Assembly (NCBI GenBank): GCA_965277805.1 | Contig: OZ255842.1 | Coordinates: 448,001-512,000 of the forward strand | DNA: 64,000 nt | Direction: 5' to 3' | From: Candidatus Lustribacter sp. | Lineage (GTDB): Bacteria; Vulcanimicrobiota; Vulcanimicrobiia; Vulcanimicrobiales; Vulcanimicrobiaceae | Shown: positions 55,757 through 64,000 of the stretch, in pieces | How positions within the stretch are numbered: position 1 is the stretch's first letter | Layout: the number at the start of each line of letters is the position of its first letter | Made by a program: the position numbers and the translations under genes | Notes under the pieces: model-generated | What the model saw: only the letters and a program-made list of their open reading frames with translations | What the model was told of the DNA's origin: nothing | The model's database searches: none

Positions 55757-56958
55757 CCGCCGACCGCGTCATCGTCGCCGGCGGCGGCCCCGTCGGGCTG
55801 ATGACGGCGCTCGGGCTCGCGCATGCCGGCGTGCCGGTGCTGCTCGTCGAGCAAGAGCCGGCGCTCACCGTCGATTTGCGCGCCGGCTCGTACCATCCGC
55901 CGACGCTCGAAGCGATGGCGCCCTACGGCATCACCGATCGCATGCTCGAGCGCGGCATCAAGGTGCGTCACTGGCAGATCCGCGATCGCAAGAATCCGGC
56001 CTGGGTAGCCAACTGGGATCTCGGCCTGATCGCCGATCTTACGCCCTATCCGTACCGCCTGCACCTCGAGCAGCACCGGCTTACGCCGATCATTCTCGAT
56101 TTCTTGCGCCGCGAGCCGTTGGCGGAAGTGCAGTTCAACGCGCGCTTCGTCGACGTCGAGCAAACGGCTGACGGCGTGCGCGTGAGCTACGAACACAACG
56201 GCGAACCGGCGGTTGCCGAGGGTGCGTATCTGATCGGCGCCGACGGCGGCCGCAGCAACGTGCGCAAGGCGATCGCGATGCCCTTCGAGGGTTTCACTTG
56301 GGACGAGCGCTTCATGGTGATCAGCACCTCGTTCGATTTTCAAACGCGCGGCTACGCCAAGAACGTCTACCTTGCCGACCCCGATCAGTGGGCAACGCTC
56401 TTCCAAATGCCCGGCGACGTCACGCCGTATTGGCGCATCGTGATCCCGACCGACATCAACACCCCCGAGGACGTCATCGCGGCACCAGACGCGGTCGAGG
56501 CGTGGCTGCAAAACTTCGAACCGCGCGATGAGCCCTACGAGGTGCTTTACAACAGCTTTTATCGCGTGCACCAGCGCGTGGCGCAGAACTTCCGTAGCGG
56601 TCGCGTGCTCTTAGCCGGCGATGCCGCGCATCTGAACAACCCGCTCGGCGCGTTCGGGCTCAACAGCGGCATCCAAGACGCAGCCAACCTGATCCCGAAA
56701 CTCGCCGCCGTCTGGCACGGCACGGCGCCGGATACGCTGCTCGACGTCTACGATCGCCAGCGGCACACCGCCACGGTCGAGCACGTCCAGGCGAACTCGA
56801 TCGCCAACAAACGCACGATGGAAGAGCGCGACCCCGCCTTACGCAAGGCCCACTTCGAAGAACTCGTCCACACGGCCGAAACCCCCGAACTCGCGCGCCG
56901 CTTCCTCATCAACTCCTCAATGATCGCCGCCGTCCAACGCGCCGCCGAAGTCGCCTAG
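55753..56958 (+). CDS. FAD-dependent monooxygenase (MhpA/PHBH-like)
   Basis: 'AGGGPVG', 'GADGGRS', 'GRVLLAGDAAH', 'GLNSGIQDA'. Confidence 0.92.
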   Translation: MTADRVIVAGGGPVGLMTALGLAHAGVPVLLVEQEPALTVDLRAGSYHPPTLEAMAPYGITDRMLERGIKVRHWQIRDRKNPAWVANWDLGLIADLTPYPYRLHLEQHRLTPIILDFLRREPLAEVQFNARFVDVEQTADGVRVSYEHNGEPAVAEGAYLIGADGGRSNVRKAIAMPFEGFTWDERFMVISTSFDFQTRGYAKNVYLADPDQWATLFQMPGDVTPYWRIVIPTDINTPEDVIAAPDAVEAWLQNFEPRDEPYEVLYNSFYRVHQRVAQNFRSGRVLLAGDAAHLNNPLGAFGLNSGIQDAANLIPKLAAVWHGTAPDTLLDVYDRQRHTATVEHVQANSIANKRTMEERDPALRKAHFEELVHTAETPELARRFLINSSMIAAVQRAAEVA

Positions 56959-56962
56959 CTCA

Positions 56963-56975
56963 GCTCGGGATGACA
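56963..56975. repeat. Terminal remnant of the TGACA repeat family
   Basis: gctcgggatgaca, 13 of 13 identical to the right end of copy A, in a 20-nt convergent intergenic gap. Confidence 0.7.
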
Positions 56976-56978
56976 GAC

Positions 56979-57578
56979 CTACGGGTCGGTGGTTAGTTTG
57001 TAGTCGTTGAATGTGGCGTGGGCGGTGACGTGATAGCCGGGCACTTGAATGTCGGCGTCTTCGCTTTGCGGGACCGGGTAGCCGTTGATCTCGATCGGGT
57101 TGACGTCGACTTGAATCGCGCCGCCGTTCACGTACGACCATTTGACCTGACGTAATCCGTCCTGATCGATTTCGGCGTGCACGCCGCGCACGTGGCCGTC
57201 GGTCCGGTCCTTCATTTCGAGGATCGAACGCGTGCCGTTCTGCATCAAGCTGACGACATCGTAGGTCGCCGGCCACGTGACCGGTTCCAACGGATCCATC
57301 TTGATATTTTCGAAGCCCTTACCGAACCACGGCACGTTGCGAAAATGGACCGAGTAGAGATTCGGCCGTTCGTATTTGCCGGTGCCTTCCAGGTGGACGC
57401 CGATGTACGGAAAGGTCCGTAACTTGAAGTCGACGTGAAGATCAAAGGTATAGGAACGCACCGCGGACGTGCGGGCGCCGGTCATCGCAAAGACGCGGGC
57501 AGCCTCGTCGGGTGGTCCCTCTGCTAAGAGGACAACCGACGCCAGAAGCGCGGCAATCCCCCGGAAGACGGGGCCCAT
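56979..57578 (-). CDS. Hypothetical secreted beta-rich protein
   Basis: Signal peptide, alternating beta-strand pattern, C-terminal 'ATFNDYK'. Confidence 0.72.
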   Translation of the reverse strand: MGPVFRGIAALLASVVLLAEGPPDEAARVFAMTGARTSAVRSYTFDLHVDFKLRTFPYIGVHLEGTGKYERPNLYSVHFRNVPWFGKGFENIKMDPLEPVTWPATYDVVSLMQNGTRSILEMKDRTDGHVRGVHAEIDQDGLRQVKWSYVNGGAIQVDVNPIEINGYPVPQSEDADIQVPGYHVTAHATFNDYKLTTDP

Positions 57579-57645
57579 TGAGGCTCGGTTTCGTCGGAAG
57601 GCACAGCGTCCCTCGACGACGTAAATCGCACCAGGAACACTGAAA

Positions 57646-57658
57646 CAACATTTTGTTG
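57646..57658. promoter_or_regulatory. Palindromic operator candidate
   Basis: CAACA-ttt-TGTTG in the AT-rich region upstream of the IclR-containing operon. Confidence 0.45.
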
Positions 57659-57678
57659 GCTAAACAGAGGGCAATTTC

Positions 57679-57897
57679 GTGTCCGACTTGTTCAATCAGA
57701 CTCGCCCCGGGCAGGCCTACGCACCCGAAGTGACCGCTTTCGGCGACGCGCTCGAGGCCGTAATGGCCGACGGCACCCACGATCTGGCCGGGATCGCGGC
57801 CGGGCTCAACGCGCGCCACGTCGCCGCCGGCGGCCGGTCGGACTGGACGCCCGAGACCCTCAGCGCCTATTTCGCCGAGCTGGCGAACGCGCGGTAA
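57679..57897 (+). CDS. Small recombinase-like HTH protein (72 aa)
   Basis: 'GDALEAVMADGTHDLAGIAAGLN...GGRSDWTPETL'. Confidence 0.75.
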   Translation: MSDLFNQTRPGQAYAPEVTAFGDALEAVMADGTHDLAGIAAGLNARHVAAGGRSDWTPETLSAYFAELANAR

Positions 57898-57910
57898 GGA
57901 GCGCTCCGCA

Positions 57911-58984
57911 ATGCACACGATTTTCGATATCGCCGCTAAGCGGCCGCTCGCGATGTTGATGAAGGATCGTTGGGAAGACCAGATAGCCAATGAGGGCTTC
58001 CGCGGCTATTGGTATCCGCTCACCGCCTCGCGCAACGTCGGCACGGACCCGCTTGCGGTCGACCGGATGGGCGAACGCATCGCGCTGTGGCGCGACGCCG
58101 CGGGTAGCATACACGCGCAAGAAGACCGCTGTCCGCATCGCGGCGCGCGGCTCTCGCAAGGCCGGGTCAACGGCAGCACGATCGTGTGTCCGTATCACGG
58201 TATCTCGCTCGACGGCGACGGCCGCATCGTGAGCGTTCCGGCGTTGCCCGGCTGTCCGATCGAAGGCCGCCTCGCGCTGCGCACCTATGCGGTGGAAGAA
58301 ATCGCGGGCGCGATCTTCGCCTACTTCCCAACGCCCGCCGGTGAAGCGCCGCGGCCGTTCGACCCGCCGGCGGAGTTCACCGATCCGGCCTGGTCGCACT
58401 TCGTGTGCGAAACGTCCTGGAACACCAACTACCGTTACGCGATCGAGAACGTCATCGACCCGATGCACGGGCCGTATCTGCACGGCGATTCGCACACGAT
58501 GACGGTCGGCGCGAAGGACGACGTCATGGTGATCACCGACACCGACCACGGCTTCCGCGTCTCGCGCAAACTTCAGAAGGACGTAGCCTTCGACTGGACC
58601 GAGTTCGGCGAAACCGGCGGCCTCTGGATGCGGCTCGACATCCCCTATCCGGTGAAGAACGGACCGGGCGGCCCGTTTCGCGTGATCGGCTTCGCGACGC
58701 CGATCGACGAACGTCACGCGCAAATCTTTTTCTGGCGGCTGCGTAAGGTGAGCGGCTGGGAGCGCGATCTCTGGCGCTTCCTGTACCGCGAACGGCTCGA
58801 AGCGCGCCATTACGCGGTGCTCGAACAAGACCGCCTCGTGCTCGAAGGCATGGCCGACGACGCGCGCGAGCACGAGATCCTCTATCAGCACGACGTCGGC
58901 ATCACGCGCCTGCGCCGCCGTTTCAAAGCGATCGCGCGCGAACAGATCCAAGCGGTCACGGATCGCGTCGCGGTCGAAGCGTGA
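57911..58984 (+). CDS. Rieske oxygenase alpha subunit (VanA-like)
   Basis: CPHRG...CPYHG, 'ENVIDPMHGPYLH', 'VLEQD'. Confidence 0.92.
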   Translation: MHTIFDIAAKRPLAMLMKDRWEDQIANEGFRGYWYPLTASRNVGTDPLAVDRMGERIALWRDAAGSIHAQEDRCPHRGARLSQGRVNGSTIVCPYHGISLDGDGRIVSVPALPGCPIEGRLALRTYAVEEIAGAIFAYFPTPAGEAPRPFDPPAEFTDPAWSHFVCETSWNTNYRYAIENVIDPMHGPYLHGDSHTMTVGAKDDVMVITDTDHGFRVSRKLQKDVAFDWTEFGETGGLWMRLDIPYPVKNGPGGPFRVIGFATPIDERHAQIFFWRLRKVSGWERDLWRFLYRERLEARHYAVLEQDRLVLEGMADDAREHEILYQHDVGITRLRRRFKAIAREQIQAVTDRVAVEA

Positions 58985-59796
58985 ACGCCGAACCCGCGGA
59001 TAACACACCCGACGCGCGCTACAGCGTCCACTCGCTCGAACTGGGCCTGCGCATCTTGGAGAGCTTCGATCGCGATGCCGTCGACGAGATGAGCTTGAGC
59101 GAAATGGCGCGGCGCATCGGCGTGTCGCGTTCGTCCGCGTTCCGGCTCGTGCACACGCTGCAGCGTTTGGGTTATCTCGAGCGCGAAGACGAAACGAAAA
59201 ACTACCGGCTGGGCGCGCGGGTGATGTCGCTCGGCTATTCGTTCCTGGCCTCGAAGGACATCGCCGAATTGGCGCGTCCCAACCTGCAGCGCTTGCGCTC
59301 GGAGACGCATTGCTCCACGCATCTGGGCATCCTCGACGGCGCCGAGGTGATCTACATCGCGCGCTTCGCCGCGCACAAGCCGGTCAGCGCGATGATCGCA
59401 GTTGGAGCACGCGTGCCGGCGCACGCGACGACGATGGGCCGCATCATGCTCGCCTACAAACCGGTCGCGTACGTGCAGGAACACTTCAGCGGGCGGCCGC
59501 TGGCGAAATTCAGCGAGAGCACGCCGTTGACGTCCGACGCGCTCATCGCAATGCTGGCCGAGGATCGCAAGCGCGGCTACGTGATCAGCCACTCGAACTT
59601 CGAAGCCGGCATCGCCAGCATCGCGGCGCCGATTTTCGATGCCAAGGGCGAGGTCGTGGGCGCGATCAACGTGTCGACGCCGGAGAACGCGATCGACCGC
59701 GGCGCGTTCGACACGGCCGTTTGCGACGCGCTGCGGGCGGCCGCGCGCCGCATCTCGGAACTCTCGGGCTATCGCGAGGCGGCGGCCGTTTCGTGA
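58981..59796 (+). CDS. IclR family regulator
   Basis: 'SLELGLRIL', 'SRSSAFRLVHTL', 'PAHATTMGR', 'SIAAPIF'. Confidence 0.94.
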   Translation: MNAEPADNTPDARYSVHSLELGLRILESFDRDAVDEMSLSEMARRIGVSRSSAFRLVHTLQRLGYLEREDETKNYRLGARVMSLGYSFLASKDIAELARPNLQRLRSETHCSTHLGILDGAEVIYIARFAAHKPVSAMIAVGARVPAHATTMGRIMLAYKPVAYVQEHFSGRPLAKFSESTPLTSDALIAMLAEDRKRGYVISHSNFEAGIASIAAPIFDAKGEVVGAINVSTPENAIDRGAFDTAVCDALRAAARRISELSGYREAAAVS

Positions 59797-60587
59797 ATCT
59801 CGAACTGTCGGGCCGCGCGGCGGTCGTCACCGGCGGAACGTCCGGCATCGGCCTGAGCGCCGTGCGCCGTTTGCTCGATGAGGGCATGTCGGTGGCGTTT
59901 TGCGCGCGCGATGCGGCACGCGTCGAAGCGATAAGCGCGGAACTCGCCCGCGGCGCCGGCGATCGCGTGCTGGGTGTCGTTGCCGACGTGCTCGACGTCA
60001 CGGCCCTCGATGCATTTCGCGCCGCGGTGGAAGCGCGTTTCGGCCGGCTCGACGTGCTCGTGCACAATGCCGGGCGCTCGCGCCTCGCCGGATTCGACGC
60101 CGTCGGCGACGCCGACTGGACGGAAGAACTCGAGCTGAAATTCTTCGGCTTGTTGCGCCCGACGCGCGCGTTCTTGCCGCTGTTGCGCAAGTCGGATGCC
60201 GCCAGCATGGTGTACGTGTCGTCGCTGCTCGCGAAGCAGCCCGAGCCGACCCTCATCGCCACCAGCGCCGCGCGCGGCGGCGCGCTCAACCTCGCCAAAT
60301 CGATGTCGTTTGAGTTCGCGCCCGCGATTCGCGTCAACTCGATCTTGCTCGGAGTGATCGACACCGGCCAGTGGGAAAAGCGCCTCGCCGCGCGCCGCGC
60401 CGCCGGCGATACGATCGAGCGCGATGCCTACATTGCCGAGCTCGCGCACGAGCGCGGCATTCCCCTCGGCCGGATCGGCCGCCCCGAAGAGGTCGCGGCG
60501 GCCATCGCCTTTCTTGCCTCCCCGCTGTGCGGCTTCATGACCGGGTCGGTCATAGAAATTTCGGGTGGTTTCAGCCACTATGTCTGA
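59793..60587 (+). CDS. Short-chain dehydrogenase/reductase with atypical active site
   Basis: 'TGGTSGIG', 'HNAG'; ATSAAR at the YxxxK position. Confidence 0.9.
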   Translation: MNLELSGRAAVVTGGTSGIGLSAVRRLLDEGMSVAFCARDAARVEAISAELARGAGDRVLGVVADVLDVTALDAFRAAVEARFGRLDVLVHNAGRSRLAGFDAVGDADWTEELELKFFGLLRPTRAFLPLLRKSDAASMVYVSSLLAKQPEPTLIATSAARGGALNLAKSMSFEFAPAIRVNSILLGVIDTGQWEKRLAARRAAGDTIERDAYIAELAHERGIPLGRIGRPEEVAAAIAFLASPLCGFMTGSVIEISGGFSHYV

Positions 60588-62238
60588 ACGCGTGATCGCC
60601 GGCGACGTCATCGCCGCATTTCTCGAGGCCGCCGGCGTGCGGGCCGCCTTCGGCGTGATCAGCATCCACAACATGCCGATTCTCGACGCGATCATGCGGC
60701 GCGGCGTCATTCGCTGCGTTCCCGCGCGCGGTGAGGCCGGCGCCGTCAACATGGCCGATGCGTACGCACGCGTGCGCGGCGGAATCGGCGTCGCGTTCAC
60801 GAGCACCGGAACCGCCGCCGGCAATGCCTGCGGCGCGATGGTCGAAGCGCTGACGGCGGGCACACCATTACTGCACATTACCGGGCAAATCGACGTGCCG
60901 TTCCTCGATCGCGAACGCAGTTACATCCACGAAGCGAAAGACCAGCTCGCGATGCTGCGCGCGGTGTCGAAGCGCGCGTTTCGCGTGTGGTCGGCGGAAA
61001 CGTTGCTCGGCACGCTGCGGGAAGCGGCGGCGGTGGCGCTGACGCCTCCCATGGGACCGGTCAGCATCGAGATCCCGATCGACGTGCAAGGCGCCGCGAT
61101 GGAGATGCCGCCGTTCGACGAGCTGTTGCCGCTGCCGCCGGCCGAGCTGACGCTCGATATCCGCTCGCTCGAGGCGCTGGCGCACGAATTGCGCGGCGCG
61201 AAACGCCCGTTGCTGTGGCTGGGCGGCGGCGCTCGCGGCGCGTCCGTGCCGGTGCGCGCGCTGGCCGAAATGGGCTGGGGCGTGGTGAGCAGCGCCGCCG
61301 GCCGCGGCGTGCTGCCCGAAGATCATCCGGCGTCGCTCGGTTCATACACGTCGGCGCCCGCAGTTGAAGCGCTGTATCAAACCTGCGATGCGATGATCGT
61401 GGTCGGCTCGCGCTTGCGCGGCAACGAGACGCTGCGCTGGAATCTGCGCCTGCCCGAGCGGCTCTACCAGATCGACGCCGATCCGACGATGCGCGACCGC
61501 TCGTATCCGGTGAAGCGTTTTGTCACGGGCGATGCCGCGGTTGCGCTGACGGAACTCGTCGAGCTGGTCGGCAGCGACATGAAGATCGACCTCACGTTCC
61601 GCGCCGACGTGCGCTCCGCTCGTACCGAAGCGAACGAGGAGTTACGGCGGACGCTCGGGCCGTACGAAGACGTCGTGCATACGCTCGGCGACTGGATGCC
61701 CGCCAACGCGCTGTGGGTGCGCGACGTGACCGTTTCAAACAGCTCGTGGGGCAACCGGTACCTGCCGCTGCGCGGACCGCGCGACGGCGTGCACGCGATG
61801 GGCGGCGGGATCGGTCAAGGCTTGCCGATGGCGATCGGTGCCGCCTTGGCGGCCGGCGATCGCAAGACGGTGCTGCTCGCGGGCGACGGCGGATTGCAGC
61901 TTTCGTTCGGCGAGTTCGTCACGCTCGTGCAAGAGAACGCCGACGTGCTGACGATCGTGATGAACGACCGTGGTTACGGCGTGATCCGCAACATCCAAGA
62001 CGTTTCCTTCGGCGGCCGCAAGGTGCTGGCCGACTTGCACACGCCGGATTTCCAGGCGTTCGCGAAATCGATCGGCCTCACGAGCGCGAAGGCCGGCGAC
62101 CTGCCGTCGTTTCACGCGGCGCTGGAAACGTTGGGCAACCGCAAAGGTCCGGCGTTGCTCGAAATCGACATGCTCGCGTTCGGCACGTATGCGTCGGCGT
62201 TCGCCGGGCCGCCCGTACGCGAGAGCGCGCCGGCGTGA
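60580..62238 (+). CDS. Thiamine-diphosphate-binding enzyme (acetolactate synthase-like)
   Basis: 'FGVISIHN', 'RGEAGAVNMAD', 'GDGG', 'MNDRGYG'. Confidence 0.9.
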   Translation: MSERVIAGDVIAAFLEAAGVRAAFGVISIHNMPILDAIMRRGVIRCVPARGEAGAVNMADAYARVRGGIGVAFTSTGTAAGNACGAMVEALTAGTPLLHITGQIDVPFLDRERSYIHEAKDQLAMLRAVSKRAFRVWSAETLLGTLREAAAVALTPPMGPVSIEIPIDVQGAAMEMPPFDELLPLPPAELTLDIRSLEALAHELRGAKRPLLWLGGGARGASVPVRALAEMGWGVVSSAAGRGVLPEDHPASLGSYTSAPAVEALYQTCDAMIVVGSRLRGNETLRWNLRLPERLYQIDADPTMRDRSYPVKRFVTGDAAVALTELVELVGSDMKIDLTFRADVRSARTEANEELRRTLGPYEDVVHTLGDWMPANALWVRDVTVSNSSWGNRYLPLRGPRDGVHAMGGGIGQGLPMAIGAALAAGDRKTVLLAGDGGLQLSFGEFVTLVQENADVLTIVMNDRGYGVIRNIQDVSFGGRKVLADLHTPDFQAFAKSIGLTSAKAGDLPSFHAALETLGNRKGPALLEIDMLAFGTYASAFAGPPVRESAPA

Positions 62239-63722
62239 CGACGGCCGCGGCCGCGCTGCAACCGATCTTCATCGGCGGCGCGTGGCGTTTGGGTCGCGGC
62301 GCGCCGGTGGTCTCGGTGAATCCGGTCGACGGTTCGGTGAACGCGACCTTTGCCGGTGCCGATGCAACCGACGTAGCCGAAGCCGTCGAACGCGGCGTGG
62401 CCGCGATGGCCGATCCGGCGTGGCGCAAGCTGCTGCCGCACGAACGCGCGCGTATCTTGCGCCGCATCGGCGACGGTCTCGCCGCCGAAACGGAGTCGCT
62501 CGCGCTCTTGCAGTTGCGCGATAACGGCAAACCGCTCTACGAAACGCGCGGCCTCGTCATCAGCGCTGCGAACACGTTTCAGTTTTTCGCCGCGGCGCTC
62601 GAGACGCTCGAATCGGAAGTCACACCCGCACGCGGCACGTTCCTCACGATGACGACCTATCAGCCGCTGGGCGTGATCGGTGCGATCACGCCGTGGAACT
62701 CGCCGATTGCGAGCGAGGCGCAGAAGGTCGCGCCGGCACTCGCGGCCGGCTGCGCCGTCGTGCTCAAGCCCTCCGAGCTCACGCCGCTGCTCGCGCTCGA
62801 ATTCGGCCGCATCGCACAAGCTGCCGGCTTGCCCGACGGATTGCTCAGCGTCGTGCCGGGGACGGGCAGCGTCGCCGGCGCCGCGCTGGTCGCGCATCCG
62901 GACGTGCGGAAGATCTCGTTCACCGGCGGCACCGAGACGGGCCGCGCGATCGCACGCGTGGCGGCGGAGAAACTGATGCCGGTCACGCTCGAACTCGGCG
63001 GCAAGTCGCCGACGATCGTGTTTGCCGATGCCGATCTCGACGTTGCGATCAACGGCGTGCTCTTCGGTATCTTCAGCTCGCAAGGTCAGAGCTGCATCGC
63101 CGGCTCGCGCCTCTTCGTCGAGCGCTCGATCTACGCGAGCTTCGTCGAACGGCTGGTCGCGCGGGCGAAGCAGCTGCAGGTCGGCGATCCGCTCGATCCG
63201 CGCACGCATCTCGGCCCGCTGATCTCGGAGGCGCAGCGCGCGAAGGTCGAGGCGTACGTCGAGCTCGCGCGCAGCGAAGGCGGCCGCGTCCTCTGCGGCG
63301 GCCGGCGTCCCGAGGGCGAGGCGTTCGCGCGCGGGACGTTTTACGAGCCGACGATCATCGACGGGCTCTCCAATCGCTCGCGCGTGTGTCGGGAAGAGAT
63401 CTTCGGTCCGGTCCTCGCGGTGCTGCCCTTCGAGTCGGAAGCCGACGTCATCGCGCAAGCCAACGATACGGTCTACGGGCTCGCCTGCGGCATCTGGACG
63501 GGCGACTACAAGCGAGCGTGGCGCGTCGGCACGGCGATCGCCGCGGGCACGCTGTGGGTCAACACCTACAAGCAGTTCAGCATCTCGACCCCGTTCGCGG
63601 GCGCGAAAGCGAGCGGGCTCGGCGTCGAGAAAGGCCGCACCGGCATCCGGAGCTACCAGCAGGAACAAAGCGTCTACTGGGGCCTCGACGAAACTCCCAA
63701 CCCGTGGGCAAATGTTCCATAG
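62235..63722 (+). CDS. Aldehyde dehydrogenase
   Basis: 'ITPWN', 'SFTGG', 'LELGGKSP', 'GQSCIAGSR', 'EEIFGPV'. Confidence 0.96.
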   Translation: MTTAAAALQPIFIGGAWRLGRGAPVVSVNPVDGSVNATFAGADATDVAEAVERGVAAMADPAWRKLLPHERARILRRIGDGLAAETESLALLQLRDNGKPLYETRGLVISAANTFQFFAAALETLESEVTPARGTFLTMTTYQPLGVIGAITPWNSPIASEAQKVAPALAAGCAVVLKPSELTPLLALEFGRIAQAAGLPDGLLSVVPGTGSVAGAALVAHPDVRKISFTGGTETGRAIARVAAEKLMPVTLELGGKSPTIVFADADLDVAINGVLFGIFSSQGQSCIAGSRLFVERSIYASFVERLVARAKQLQVGDPLDPRTHLGPLISEAQRAKVEAYVELARSEGGRVLCGGRRPEGEAFARGTFYEPTIIDGLSNRSRVCREEIFGPVLAVLPFESEADVIAQANDTVYGLACGIWTGDYKRAWRVGTAIAAGTLWVNTYKQFSISTPFAGAKASGLGVEKGRTGIRSYQQEQSVYWGLDETPNPWANVP

Positions 63723-64000
63723 GATGGAATCCCGCGCGCGATAGCAAGGAGCGCTCGGGGGCCGGTCCAACATTTCAGAGAAAGAACAGGTACTGCCGTC
63801 GACGACGGCAGCGTTGAGGGGAGTATCAGATGGCTCGCGTGGTTGGTGCATTCGGTGTCTCGCATGGTCCGTTGTTGACGACGCCGCCGCAAGAGTGGCA
63901 TCAGCGCGCCGCCTACGACCGGCGGAATCCACGCCATGCCTACCGTGGCGCCTACTACGATTTCCCCGCGCTGCTCCAGGCTCGCGGTAAGGATTTCAGC
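63674..64000 (-). CDS. Possible 3' end of a gene running off the window
   Basis: Frame open from the window edge; hydrophobic segment followed by RRRR; overlaps the aldehyde dehydrogenase end. Confidence 0.3.
   Translation of the reverse strand, partial: AEILTASLEQRGEIVVGATVGMAWIPPVVGGALMPLLRRRRQQRTMRDTECTNHASHLILPSTLPSSTAVPVLSLKCWTGPRALLAIARGIPSYGTFAHGLGVSSRPQ

Noticed and set aside
57608-57621. gtccctcgacgacg identical to 27085-27098 as a sixth repeat copy
   Set aside because: Only 14 nt, GC-rich and without the TGACA end; could be chance
57679-57897. Site-specific recombinase or mobile element boundary
   Set aside because: Only 72 aa, no catalytic domain, no att-like repeats
60580-62238. 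Second biosynthetic ilvB
   Set aside because: Lacks GYPGG, RFDDR and MVRQWQ, and sits in a catabolic context

Overview
High-GC bacterial chromosomal window with about 65 CDS and no rRNA, tRNA, CRISPR array, transposase or integrase that I can recognise. The gene style (many apparently leaderless genes, many SsuA/NMT1-like binding proteins) suggests a soil oligotroph, possibly Vulcanimicrobiota/Eremiobacterota, but that is only a guess. Housekeeping content: menA, a beta-oxidation operon, rpiA-hyi, an ilvC-ilvB-ACT-leuC-leuD-leuB operon with a Leu/Val/Ile leader-peptide attenuator, ada with a putative Ada box, and a SRAP/YedK gene. Much of the rest is aromatic or heterocycle catabolism of unknown substrate: two CoxS/M/L/G-type molybdenum hydroxylases (neither a CO dehydrogenase), UbiD and UbiX, two Rieske oxygenases, a dihydrodiol dehydrogenase, a 3-HAO-like dioxygenase with RidA, FAH, a flavin monooxygenase, a ThDP enzyme and an aldehyde dehydrogenase. 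The most unusual features are non-coding. A family of ...GCTCGGGATGACA-ended palindromic repeats has five copies, one inside a ~290-nt triple-nested palindrome bounded by twin terminators. At the three repeat-bearing convergent junctions both flanking gene ends show a roughly 3:1 C>G skew, which three sampled repeat-free gene ends lack. Also seen: two frameshifts in simple repeats (RidA and an NfrB-like glycosyltransferase), several genes that apparently need CTG or other non-canonical starts, and several micro-ORFs. All family assignments come from reading motifs, not from database searches.
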